Shown here: positions 41,291 through 53,479 of the stretch, one piece after another
Position numbering within the stretch: position 1 is the stretch's first letter
Layout: every line of letters starts with the position of its first letter
Assembly: GCF_006345805.1 (NCBI RefSeq)
Contig: NC_043012.1
Coordinates: forward strand, 48,484,001 to 48,548,000
Direction of reading: 5' to 3'
Length of the DNA stretch: 64,000 nt
From: Octopus sinensis
Taxonomy: Eukaryota
Program-made: the position numbers and the translations under genes
Notes under the pieces: generated by a model
Databases searched by the model: none
The model's input: only the letters and a program-made list of their open reading frames with translations
What the model was told of the DNA's origin: nothing

Positions 41291-41362
41291 CCCCAAGGTT
41301 AATTATAATTAAGGATAATTTTAATTATGGGGTTGTATAGATTTAATAAAATAGGCAAAAGA

Positions 41363-41960
41363 TTAGTAGAACCTGTGTTTACAAACATGTATTACATCTG
41401 AGAATCTAATGATTAATGAGGGGTTGTGATTACAAAGGATTGTTAGTGATTCCCTTAAACACAATTTACAAATACCAAGGTTTGTGTTGTACTACAGACC
41501 AGGATAGGGTAAAGGGAGCATTTTGGAATTTGAGGTTGTGTATATAAGTTGCTAAGGAGATAGATAATTTAGAATTTGAATTGGAGAGGAAGTTCATGTG
41601 TGCTCGGTAACGGCGCCTGAAATCAACAGTGCCGCCAATATAGACCCTTACTTGGTGGAAGCGTTGTGTTATAACTCAGCTCTTGTAGACTACAAGAGGG
41701 TAGGATTCAGTCACCTGACAATTTCAAGTTTTCCTGTCCGCTCTGCCGTTAGCGTTTACCGCTGAGGAGGCTAGGTTCCTATGGTCCGTTATCAGTAAAG
41801 AAGAACTAGAGGTATAATTGGTATCGGTAACGGATTGGGAGTGTGTATCACCGTTATATGTGCTCATATTGGTAGTATTGTGGGGAGAAGTATTTAGGTT
41901 GTTATTATTGAGTTTAGTACTAAGGCAATGATAGTCGCTTTACAAATTCCTTTATCAGAA
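41363..41960 (-). pseudogene. Naiad-like PLE GIY-YIG endonuclease 3' fragment
   Basis: KT*NCQVTESYPLVVYKS*V...VYIGGTVDFRRRYRAH...LATYIHNLK...LSWSVVQ/CKLCLRESLTI...VCKHRFY*. CxC, VVY, YIG, CxLC and CKH motifs are in Naiad order. Confidence 0.75.
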
Positions 41961-42028
41961 CGCAGAGTATTCTGGTCAATGAATGTAGGCCAGTCTCCCT
42001 TTCTTGATAATTGCTTACTTTTATAATC

Positions 42029-42160
42029 GCGTGGCTATGTGGTAAAGAGCTTGCTTCCCAACCACATGGTTTCTGGTTTAGTCACACTGGGTGGAACGTT
42101 GGGCCGACCAAAGCCTTGCGAGTGAATTTGGATGACGAAAACTGAAAGAATCCCGTCGTG
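42029..42160 (+). mobile_element. SINE family B head (left arm of an inverted pair)
   Basis: GTGGCTATGTGGTAAAGAGCTTGCTTCCCAACCACATGG... Confidence 0.75.
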
Positions 42161-42199
42161 TATGTATATATTTATATGTATGGGTCTTTATTCTGTGTC

Positions 42200-42325
42200 A
42201 AACAAATCCACTCACAAGGTTTTGGTCGGTCCGAGGTTATAATAGAAGACACTTGCCCGAAGTTTCACGCAGTGGGACTGAACCCCGAACCGTGTGGTTG
42301 AGAAGCAACCTTCTTACCACACAGC
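42200..42325 (-). mobile_element. SINE family B head (right arm of an inverted pair)
   Basis: AAATCCACTCACAAGG...GAAGACACTTGCCC...CTTACCACACAGC. Confidence 0.78.
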
Positions 42326-42924
42326 TGCACTAATATCATTTTCCGACAAAGTCTCCTTGCTTTTCCATACACTTCTTTCAACAGTCCACAAGCTTCCTTA
42401 TTCTATCGGAGATTTTCGGCCGGTCATGCAGGTACTTATGCACCGCTTCCTCTATTTCTACGTCCTTAGCAAACCGATGTAAAGGATTTTGAGATAAGGA
42501 CTCTATGCAGGATGTCTCAAATGTTATAAACCCAATTTCTCAATGATTTCTATGTTTTGGGGTGTCCATATATGTGTGTGAATAGTCTTGCAACAATAAA
42601 CCTAGTTTGGGTAATAGACCCCTGTGTTTAGTGTGACAGTGTAACAGCGCGTCATCATGGCTCAAACCAATTCTTTCTCGTTACGGATGACAACTGAGGG
42701 AAATCGAGTTTCAAACTCTAACCGGATGACCGGAGGCTCAAAGAGTGTTCCGTAAAGGATTGTCAGGGTAATTTATTATTTCAAATAATATTATCATCAA
42801 CATAATCATCATCATCAACATTAGTAACATCATCGTCGTCATCGTCGTCGCCATCATCAGCAAATATTAATGATGAATGCAGCAACTACAACAACAAAAA
42901 TAGGCCGAAAGCTCTGAGAAGCAA

Positions 42925-43000
<76 letters not shown>

Positions 43001-43002
<2 letters not shown>

Positions 43003-43347
43003 GAGTACCAGACAGTGGCTCTCATGGCTGCTGACCTTAACTGATTGGCAGTGTTATCACGTACATTGTTTTGTCTTGGTATAAACGATGAGCTACAGCA
43101 AATATTCTGCTTGATACCACAGATTTGCTTGTCAGTTGTTTGACCTTAACCTGTTGAGCATGTCCCTTAGTGGCTGACGATATGTGCATCTCTGATCACG
43201 AGCAGAAGTAGTGGAGGAGCATCATAGCCGTGTGTTGTGTTGAGAGGGATTCTTTGGGGATTGAATAATTCACCTTTGGAAACGAGAGTGTTTCGTTCAA
43301 CATTCTCAAACAACCCTTAATCGGGAACCTTTTGAGCAGGATGGGCT
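43001..43347 (+). mobile_element. Element T, copy retaining the variable end, cut by the foldback element
   Basis: Reverse complement of copies 1 and 2; begins directly after (TAA)n with TGGAGTACCAGACAGTGGCTCTCATGG. Confidence 0.82.
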
Positions 43348-43360
43348 ATATATATATATA

Positions 43361-43920
43361 TAATGTAAGGTATACTAGCCATCTCAATGTGGCTAACCAC
43401 TAAGGGTGGGTGTTACTGTAGCTTGTAGCCCCAGGAGAACATCGTCTCCAGCTGGCTTTAGGCACATTTTCTGTGCCCTTATGGTATTTGCAAATGGAGG
43501 TCATCCCTCCCTCGTCAACCTAAGTGATACGCACGGACTGCAATTCTAGGTATTTGCCTGTCTTCAGCGTACGGCAATCACGGTTTTCGATGAAGGAGAT
43601 TTATTATTGCTTGCATATAAATTTTCAAAATCAGTGACGAAGAGTTACTGGAAAAACCATATAAGGATTTGCATTGGGATTCCCTTCATCGAAAACCGGT
43701 GATTGCCGAACGCTGAAGACAGGCAAATACCTAAAAACTGCAGTCCGTACGTATCACTTAGGTTGACGAGGGAGCGATGACCTCCCTTTGCAAATACCAT
43801 AAGGGCACAGAAAGTGTGCCAAAAGCCAGCTGGAGACGATGTTCTCCTGGGGCTACAAGCTACAGTAACATCCACCCTTAGTGGTTAGCCATATTGAGAT
43901 GGGTAGTATACCTTACATTA
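43361..43920. mobile_element. 560-bp foldback MITE with ~236-bp arms, in (TA)n
   Basis: TAATGTAAGGTATACT...TTTTCGATGAAGG (43361-43596) is the reverse complement of 43683-43920 with scattered mismatches; spacer about 86 bp. Confidence 0.92.
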
Positions 43921-43926
43921 TATATA

Positions 43927-44005
<79 letters not shown>

Positions 44006-44039
44006 TATGCATATGTATATGTTGCTTTTTCACAGTATC

Positions 44040-44260
44040 GACCAGATCATCAGATGCTGTTATACGTCTGGGTGCAGTGCACTTCCAATTTTGTCTCCAT
44101 TGCACTATTATTTTCCCTCTTAAGCCAAATTGCTTCATTACAACATCTTCCCATCGTTATGGAGGCCTCGCCAATGACCTATTCCGATCTCTTGGATACT
44201 ACTCAGAAACTGAACAACTGCATAGAACCACCAGTTGTCTGTGAACCTTAGTGGGCCGAG
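44040..44260 (+). pseudogene. RTE-like LINE 3' relic
   Basis: FQFCLHC (cf. LQFAGHC) followed by GRP..MTYSDLLDT (cf. GRPxxTYxDxL). Confidence 0.45.
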
Positions 44261-44374
44261 CAGCAAAAAACTGATTGCAAGAAAAAGATAAATAAAAAAT
44301 AGAAAATTCAAAGAAATATAACAATTAGCAACATAATAATTATTATGCATAACGGTAATAATACTTAGCTCAAA

Positions 44375-44592
44375 GATGGCGAGCTGGTAGAAACGTTAGC
44401 ATGCCGGGCGAAATGCCTAGCGGTTTTCCGTCTGTCTTTGTGTTCTGAGTTCAAATTCCGCCGTGGTCGACTTTGCCTTTCACACTTTCGGGGTCGATAA
44501 ATTAAGTACCAGTTGTGTACTGAAGTCAATCTAATCGACTGGCTCCCTCCCCAAAAATTTCGGGCCTTGAGCTTAGAGCAGAAAAGATTAAT
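44375..44592 (+). mobile_element. SINE family A, monomer
   Basis: Head, one module and tail CCCTCCCCAAAAATTTCGGGCCTTG. Confidence 0.85.
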
Positions 44593-45257
44593 ACTTTGCG
44601 TAATAACAGTAATCGTCATAGTCCTTTTTCTTGCTTTAATACGAAATATTTCCGTATGAGTACTTAGTACCCCTTGTCTCACATCATGTCCGTGAGAACG
44701 TGGAAGTATTCGCGATTTAGTCAAGTTAGAACTATATTGATTGCTGTCATTATGCTAATTATTATCTTTTTTAATTTGCTTATTATTTTTGCTAATTTTT
44801 TACTTATTTGTCTAAAATATATTTTTTGTATCGTTTAGAATCTACCATTATCGACTCAAGTGATCTATATTAGTCAATCGTACAGCGAGGAGCTGGCGGA
44901 TGCTATCTTGGATAAAGCAGCAATGTAACTTATATTTCATTACATTCTTTACTGTTACCACCCGAACAAAGGTTTGAACTCGAAAGTTAAAATACAGTAT
45001 ATGGCTCAGCCATTAGCGTGCATGTCTTTGTGTGTGTGTGTGTGTGTTAAATATTTAATCTACTTGGATATTGTAAATTATTTAAAGCGACACTAATCCC
45101 ATTCTTCAATTTGGTCAATTTTTGCATATACTAAATCTCATTGTTGCATCCTCAAACAATTCAAAGAAAGTGATAGTCGATTGATTAGAAATTTATCGTT
45201 ACATGTCCGAGAGTATTTGAGCGGTATTACAGTGAAGAAAGCTAATACTGACTTCGA

Positions 45258-45671
45258 GGGCGGCAAGCTGGCAGAAACGTTAGCGCGCCCGGGCGAAATG
45301 CTTTGCGGTATTTCGTCCGCCGCTGCGTTCTGAGTTCAAATTCCGCCGAGGTCGACTTTCCTTTCATCCCTTCGGGGTCGATAAATTAAGGGCCAGTTAC
45401 GCACTGGGGTTGATATAATCGACTTAATCCGTTTATCTGGCTTTGTTTGTCCTCTCTCTGTTTAGCCCCTTGTGGGTAGTAAAGAAACGGGTATTTCGTC
45501 TGTCGTTACGTTCTGAGTCAAATTCCGCCGAGGTCGACTTTGCCTTTCAAATTTCGGGGTCGATAAATAAAGTACCAGTTTCGCACTGGGGTCGATGTAA
45601 TCGGCTTAATCCCTTTGTCTGTCCTTGTTTGTCCCCTGTATGTTTAGCCCCTTGTGGGTTGTAAAGAAATA
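45258..45671 (+). mobile_element. SINE family A, two modules, with 15-bp TSD
   Basis: TAATACTGACTTCGA at 45243-45257 and 45672-45686. Confidence 0.92.
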
Positions 45672-46548
45672 TAATACTGACTTCGACGGAATTTGATCTC
45701 ACAGTCTAGAAGATCAGGTTTCAATTGTGTGAGTCGATTAGACTTGTTTCGTCAACATTTCAGCTACTCACTGATCTAACGCGCTGTCATTACTATTTTA
45801 TTGTTTCATTATCAAATTCCTCTTTTAATTAAACTGTCACGAAATAATGTATATATAAAGGTGACAAAATTAAATATGACAGTCATTAATATAATGTTCT
45901 ATGTCAGAAATTATCTTGATAATTATTCTTATAACTTAGCCTTGTTTCTTCTTCATCAAAGAAAACCACTTTTAGTCAAAAACCATCAATAACTAATTGG
46001 TTTGTCTTTTAGTTACCATAAGAGGAAATTTACGGAAGTATATATATTAAACCCTTCACGTCATTAAGCTGAAGCGTTACACGGTAGACAGAGTTAATTG
46101 TCTAGTCTTTCCGGTTCAGAGCTATTTATCTATCAATGGGGTCACTTCGGCTTCGACACATAAAGTAATTCTGCTTTGAATATAAACTCAGTCTATCAAA
46201 AGTAACATACATATATATTTTGATACCTCTTCCCAAATTATATGGTATCTATGCCGTATATGCTACCTGTTCCCAGATAAATCTAGAACATATTCTCAAT
46301 TTAACTGATGATAATTCCATTGTGGTTTGCTGTCCATTTCCGACGCTTAGATGAAATTCTGTATTAAATGTTAAAATAATTCAAGATCTTCTGTTCAAAC
46401 CTGATCAGCCAAGGTGTGCGCAGCCATTTGTCTGTTACTTTATTCACAGACTTTTAACGATTTCAAATAACGCAGACTACCCAGGTACAAATTTTTACTG
46501 AACTACATGGAATTTTTTGTTTTCTAAAGTTGTATATGGCTGTGTTAT

Positions 46549-46970
46549 GGATCTTTTCGGTTTGAACGGCAGTTTTTTCTAGCGGCTTCATATGAAATTG
46601 TCACCTATAATTATGACCCTAATATCGATCTATTGCATTTTAATCTGTTTTAGGCTTAGGGTTAGGGTTAGGGGTGGGGGGAAGGGTATCTTTTATTCTT
46701 CACAAATGTAAATAAACCCAATCTGTTTCTTAAACGAGGGATATATTCATACGGCACAGAATGTTTTCACCTCAATAGACGTCATTGATTGGTTGAAATT
46801 GCGGAAATTGAAGAAAAAAACAACAAATATCTTATAAACTATAGAATTTTCTCAATAAAGCCACAAGAAAAAGATGTTTTATAAACACATTCTACTAGTA
46901 CACGAAGTTTAAAAGTGTTTAGTTACGTGGAATTTATTTTAAAAAACTGCCTTTACAACCGAAAAGATCC
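46549..46970 (+). mobile_element. ~420-bp MITE with ~30-bp TIRs (GGATCTTTTCGGTTTGAACGGCAGTTTTT)
   Basis: TIRs at both ends; second copy inverted at 60364-60778; internal TTAGGGTTAGGGTTAGGG. Confidence 0.9.
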
Positions 46971-47130
46971 GAATTTTTTGTTTTCTAAAGTTGCATATGG
47001 CTGTGTTATTTTTCATAACTGATTATTCTTTACTATTGGGAAAAAAATAAACTTCGCAACTCACTCTTTAACCCAACATTAATTTAATAAGTAAATTATC
47101 TTCTTATGACGTTCGCTATCCAATTAGCGT

Positions 47131-47640
47131 GAGGAGGCGCGTGGCTTAATGGTTAGGGTGTTGAACTCATAATCGTATGGTTGTAGTTTCGGTTCCTGGA
47201 CCGGGCGATTCGTTGTGTTCTTGCGCAAAACACTTCATTTTCGCGTTGCCCAGTTCACTTAGAATTACTTCCCAACCACATGGTTCCGGGTTCAGACCCA
47301 CTGCGGGGCATCTTAGAAGAGTGCCTTCTAATGTAGTACCTCGGGCAGACCAATGCTTTGTGAGTGGATTTGGTAAACAGAAACCGAAAGTAGCCCGTCG
47401 ATTTTTATATATTTATACATATATATAAATATCTATGTGTGTGTGTCTTTCTATTTGTATTGGCAACCGTTGATAGTTTGTTTACATCCCCGTATATTAG
47501 CGATTCGGCAGGGAGGCCGATAGAATGAATACCAAGCTTCAAAATAAGTGCTGGGGGTCGAGACTTTCGACTAAAAATTCTTCAAAACGGTGCCCCAGCC
47601 TGGCCGCAGTCTAATGACTGAAACAAGTAAAATATTAAAA
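47131..47640 (+). mobile_element. Composite SINE: a tRNA-like head followed by a family B body
   Basis: GAGGCGCGTGGCTTAATGGTTAGGG head at 47131; CCAACCACATGGTTCCGGGTTCAG from about 47290; family B tail GACTGAAACAAGTAAAA. Confidence 0.7.
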
Positions 47641-47979
47641 AAAAAAAAGAAACAGAAACTGATTAGACTTCTTCAAAAAGTGAAATTACATTTCGAATAC
47701 CAACATTCCTGCTTCGACAAACAAATCAGTAAATTCGTAGAAAATATAGAATAATTAAACAACGTAAACAATAAGAGTTGGAATTCCCTTTCTATTATAG
47801 TTTTCCCATCTATTTATAGTTTTTCCACAAGCAAAAATTGACACTGAACGTAATGGGGAATTCCTTGAATGTCTACGTAATGGTGGACTCCTTGAATTTG
47901 ATGTCACTCTCGTTCAATTCTAGGTCAGCCATAATTGAACTGTCATGATCATCTCATTTATTATTATTTTTTATACATA

Positions 47980-48672
47980 ACTAGCAGTATGGCCCGGCAT
48001 TACTCGGTTTTGTTTCGACCCTTTAGAATTTTTGAAAATTAAAAGTTTTACATTATGTAGCTTGTTATCCTCTTTAAATGAACATTTTAATGGTTTAAAT
48101 ACACCGAAAAATGGCGACACAGCAGTCAAAAAATCATAAAAGAAATAGATTTCCATAGAAAAAAAGCACCTTTTTGATGTAAATAATTTTTGGTCCTAAC
48201 ATGCTCCGATTTGAATTTTTTCTTCTACAGAATGAAGAGCAAGCTTTCTTCTATCATACTCTCAATTTTGGTTAATTTTGGTCAACTTGCGCCGCAGGGT
48301 CTTAAAGGCTATCAAACCTGCCACACATAGACAACTTCAGTTTTATATATATATATTTCTTATTTTTCATGCAATTTACGCATGCTTGCACGCGTGGTGA
48401 ACACAGTTCACGTCAAACAGCTGACTAAGTAAAGTTCACTATTCAATGCATGGGATAAGGCCTAAACAAACACATTATCGATTTTTGCACTTGCGAGATG
48501 AATTTCGGAACAGTAATAGTGCAGTTCAATTTTCATTCGCCTAAACTTTAAGTGACCCATTGTTGGTGGTTCTACGATTTGTTGGCTAGGAGGAGATGTG
48601 CCGGAAAGCTAAACACATAGACACACACACAGATACACACACAGACACACAAGTTGAGTTTTATATATATAG
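47980..48672 (+). mobile_element. Helitron-like non-autonomous element(s)
   Basis: 5' ACTAGCAGTATGGCCCGGC; two 3' ends of the ACA(C/G)AC...AGTTTTATATATATA(GAT) type at about 48350 and 48672. Confidence 0.5.
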
Positions 48673-49265
48673 ATATATCTACATATAACTCAAAGCATAT
48701 ATATATATATCCAGAGGCTCGATGTCATCTTGAAGGATACGGAGGGACTGACACGCAACCACAAGTGATGGCGGGCACTGATCTGTTCTACGTATGGTGA
48801 GGTATTTTAGGACCACTAACCTGGGATGACCTTAACCCCATCAATCAAGAGCATGAAGCAAGCAAACAAGCTCATATAATTTATATTTATATATTGTACA
48901 TCCTATCTCTGCGATTATATATATTTTTCTTTTCATTTAGAGATAGTAGGCCCCTTCATCTCACCATATAAAAAAGAATTTTTAATATTAAATACCTACT
49001 ACTTTATAACTTGGCTACACGTGTTTCATGAAGTACATTTCTTGGTTCCTAAACCACTCCGTGTTTTGCTGGAGCCATTCTTAAAATATAACCCCAATCT
49101 TCAGGCCTCTATATCAATTTCTCATAGTTCAATACTATAAACTATATTTTAATTTTTTTAAACCCATAAGTATGTGTAAAATAGATTCGCTGGACCCTAC
49201 AGTACAAGGAAGGGCAGACATGTCGGCCCTATTGGCCAATAAATAGAATAATAATAATAATAATA

Positions 49266-49309
<44 letters not shown>

Positions 49310-49383
49310 TGATGATGATTATGATTATTATTATTATTATTATTATATTATTATTATTATTGTTGTTGTTGTTGTTGTTTTTG

Positions 49384-49433
<50 letters not shown>

Positions 49434-49935
49434 GAGTGAGAGAGCAGTGTATGACATCAAAGTGACGCTGGCGTAAAATATACGAAGCCCAGTAAACTCA
49501 TCATAACTACCCGTCTGATAAGGGTACACTAGGCACATGCATCACAACCATATGGGCACGACATGGTGATCTCATATCATGATAAACAGCGCATGATATT
49601 GCAGGTGGGGCCCAATTAGAATCTTCTTCTGGTCGAGTAAGCCATCCCGCTCAAAAGGTCCCTGAATAAGGATTGTTTAAGGATGCTGAACGAAACACCT
49701 ATGTTTCCAAAGGTGAATTATTCAAACCTCAAAGAATCCTTCTGAACACATGGCTATGATGCACCCCCACTACTTCTTCTCGTGATCAGAGATGCACATA
49801 TCGTCAGCCACTAAGGGACATGGTCAACTGGTTACGGTCAAACAACTGACAAGCAAATCTGTGGTATTGAGCAGAATATTTGCTGTAGCCCATCTTTTAT
49901 ACCAAGACACAACAATGTACATGATAACACTTCCA
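49434..49935 (-). mobile_element. Element T, diverged copy next to (ATT)n
   Basis: Colinear with 26585 from GAGTGAGAGAGCAG to GATAACACTTCCA, where it stops. Confidence 0.87.
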
Positions 49936-49951
49936 TTTACTATTATTATTT

Positions 49952-50085
49952 TTTCCGCCGATATTGACTTAGCCTTTTATCCTTTCAAGGTCGATAAAAT
50001 AAGTACCAGCTAAGTACTGGAGTCGATCTGATTGACTATCCCTTCCTCCAAATTTCAATCCTTGTGCCTATAGTAGAAAGTATTA
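49952..50085 (+). mobile_element. SINE family A 3' part
   Basis: CCTTTTATCCTTTCAAGGTCGATAAAATAAGTACCAG...CCTTGTGCCTATAGTAGAAAG. Confidence 0.75.
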
Positions 50086-50089
50086 TTGT

Positions 50090-50130
50090 TTTTGTTGTTG
50101 ATGATGATGTTGATGTTGTTAGTAGTAGTG

Positions 50131-50194
<64 letters not shown>

Positions 50195-50245
50195 CAGCAG
50201 CAGCAGTACTAGTAGTAGTAGTAATAGCGGCGGCAGCAGCAGCAC

Positions 50246-50290
<45 letters not shown>

Positions 50291-50363
50291 CAGTAGTAGT
50301 AGTACCCGCAGTAGCAACAGTACTAGTTGTAGCAGCAGCAGCAGCAGCAGCAGTAGTTGTAGT

Positions 50364-50410
<47 letters not shown>

Positions 50411-50430
50411 TGTAGTAGTAGCAGTATTGT
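50090..50430. repeat. (TAG)n/(CAG)n microsatellite
   Basis: Directly visible; source of the poly-S, poly-V and poly-L ORFs. Confidence 0.95.
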
Positions 50431-50657
50431 TATTGTTTTGTTTCGCGTGAAGATTTTCAATTATGATCAGTTTTGATACACACGGCGTTCGTTGGTTTGG
50501 AAATAACGGAAACTCCGAATTCTTTGAAAACCATACACTTTTCTGTTTCAAGTTGAGATTTTCATTTCATTGGTATTTTTGGCACGTACTGTATGTCACT
50601 GTTTCTGTTTTCCACATTGTTACATATATATATACATACATACATATATATATATAC

Positions 50658-50704
<47 letters not shown>

Positions 50705-52599
50705 TACATATATATATATGCACACACAAACATACACGTTTTTTTCTTGTTTTTGACATTGTTGTTGCTATTATTGCATCTGCTGCTGTTGTTGTTGTTG
50801 CAGCTGTTCTCACTTCTGTTGTTGTTGTTTTTTGTTTTTGTTTTGTTTTGTTTTTTTTTTTTTTTTTGTTTTTTCTAATGCTATTGTTGCTAGTTTTGCT
50901 GTTTCGTCCGTTTTCGTTGCTGTTGCTCTTTCTGTTTTTATTGTAGCATTTGTTGTTGTTGTTGTTGTGATTGTTGTTGTTGTTGTTGTTGTTTTTGTTG
51001 ATTTTGTTGTTGTTGTTGTTGTCGTCGTGCCTTTGCTGCTTTTTGCATACATTTTCTGCGGTTGTTTCTCTGGTCGTTATTTCTGTCACTTGCCGCTGCA
51101 ATGACTGCATTTCTGTTTGCTTTTGTTATTGCCACTGTTGTGACTACTGCCTCTATAATTGCCGCTGTCGATAGTGAAGCAGTTAATTTATTTTCTAGCT
51201 GCGTCACTCCGCTAAGCAGTGATACGACAGATAGTTCCTCCGTATGTTTGAGGACAACACACGATACATCGTCATGTAACTTTCTATAGATAATAAGGAT
51301 GTTATGTGGAAGTCCAGACAAACAGCTCTTCATCCCTTATAAAATCATTATATCATACATTATGAATATAAGCTCAATCAGTGAGCAGCATCTGCTGACC
51401 TCAACACTTATCAAGGACTGTGTGTAGATTATCACAGTGATATTAGGCTTTTGAACTTGATACTGTTGTTTTCTTTTTATGCATAAATTTATGAGTATTA
51501 AATGTGATGTATTATGTTATTAGATGTGCTGAAAATAACTCTTAGAACTGAAACTTATCTTCGGCAACAAACTGCATCCTTCATCTCACTAACTAGCTTC
51601 TTTTTTTTATTTTAAGTTCAACAAACAGAGTCTGATTTTAATCATTTTAAATATATACGTTTGGAAATAATTACTGGCTTAGACTTTACCAATATAAGTA
51701 AAGTGAATTAATGTAAAACTAGAATTAAATTACAATAGTAGACAACCTTCGCCGAACGTTTTGTCTTTGGATACCCAGGGAAAATGTCTTTCAAGAGATT
51801 TTATGATAGAGTAAGCGCTTCATATATTCCATTTGCTCTGTTTGCTCATATTCCTGTGTGAGTCTTTTGAGGTGGATCTCTCAAGTATTTGTGGGATTAT
51901 AAGAAAACCTGAAGCATAAATGAGTTCATTGCACCGAGTATTATACCGCTGTTTAACTAGGTAGTTTTTTTGTGACCAAATGGAAAAAGTTTGGAAGAAA
52001 GCTTTGTTGCTTGGTCTTGCATAATTTGAATCTTATAATGGTGGGTTTATGGATGGCAGCTTGGAAAACAGAGAATGTAGACTAAAGTGCACTGTGCTGA
52101 AACTTAACGGCGGCGAGTAACCAGTTTGAAATAACGAGCTATGAGCTCGTTATTTCGTGATTTCAGTCCAGCGCAAACACATATTCACACCCACACGCGG
52201 ATGTATGTGCGTATGCATGTATGCGGATGAATGCACACAAGTGTATATGCATATGCATGTGTATATAAGCATACATATTGGTTTTTGCGTGTGTATAATG
52301 TTATATATATACGCACTTATACTCTCACACACACACACACACCTATACATACCAATACGTACTAATACATACTAATACATACTAATACATACACCAACCC
52401 CATACATACGCACGTCCAGACCAATCCTACGCACTAATACTCTCTCATACACACACACACACACACACACACCCCTATACATGCTAATACATACACAACC
52501 CTATACATACACACATCCAGACCCCTCCCACGCACTTTAGCTGGTCCCTCACCCTTTTATCACCCATTATCTCCCCTTATTTTCGCTCTCGCGTCTCAT

Positions 52600-52835
52600 G
52601 TTTGATCTTTGACCTCTGGCCGAAATCAGATCGCCATGTTGATTTTTAGCTACTGCACGCATTTTTTTTCTCTCCTTCTTTCTGTGTTTTTCTCTCTCTG
52701 TGTATCTTTCTGTTGAAGAGCGTAGGCTCGAAACGTTAAAGACTTGTTTTATTTATATTTCCTGAGCGCCATACTAATATAATTGTTCGTTTGTTTCCAC
52801 CTGCCTTCGTCTTTTGTTTATTTTCATAAAGCTTC
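52600..52835 (+). mobile_element. pLTR-like segment of the PLE with hammerhead-like motif at 52705-52744
   Basis: TCTTT-CTGTTGA-A-GAGCGTAGGCTC-GAAACGT-T-AAAGA, about 0.7 kb upstream of the PLE ORF. Confidence 0.72.
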
Positions 52836-53479
52836 CCGTTATATATATGCGCTCACGTGGTCTCACTTTCATCCTATATTCTACAAATACCACTACAACA
52901 CTTACCTCTACCTGGATTTTCTTTACCTCTGGATACTTACCATCGGCTGCACCTCTCTTTCGCGGATCAAAGTGACTTTGCATTGATGTGAAATCCTTAA
53001 AAAATATACCACGACCGTCTACACATTTCTCACCTTGACCTTTAACTTCAACCTTGAACTTGTTCGCATAAACTGTCCCTTTGTTGTATTTTTATTTTCT
53101 CTTATATTACCACTTTTTTTACATTCATTTCATGCTTTCCACACATTTTCCTGAATTTTTGTTCTCCTTTCCGTCTTTCTTCCCTCTCTGATGTCCATAC
53201 TCCGTTTCCTCTCTGCCTGCACCCCCCTTTTTTTTGCCTCCCCCTCTCTCTGCTTCCCTTCTTTCTTTCCCTTTTCCGTTTGCCCCGTCTTTTCTGCCCC
53301 TATCGCTTACTTATCTAGTTTTTTCATACGATTATTATTTTTTTGTTTTTTTGAACGTTTGTTTTTTTCCCCTTTTTTCGCTATCTTTTTTTCTATTTTT
53401 TCATACGATAATTTTTGTTTTTTGTTTTTTTTTGGTTTTCGAACGTTTTTTTTTTTTTTTCCGCTATCCCCTCATTGCC

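Noticed and set aside
46298-46368. CTGATGA...GAAA with TTTAA/TTAAA flanks as a hammerhead
   Set aside because: No stem II or stem III pairing and no repeat context; likely chance.
46654-46676. (TTAGGG)3 as an interstitial telomere
   Set aside because: It is internal to a MITE and present in degenerate form in the second copy.
50562-51333. PolyQ/polyT/polyN-rich ORFs, likewise at 3635-3962, 24489-24774 and 58480-59170
   Set aside because: Decayed (CAA/CAG)n cryptic simple sequence that is open in several frames on both strands; no domain signal.
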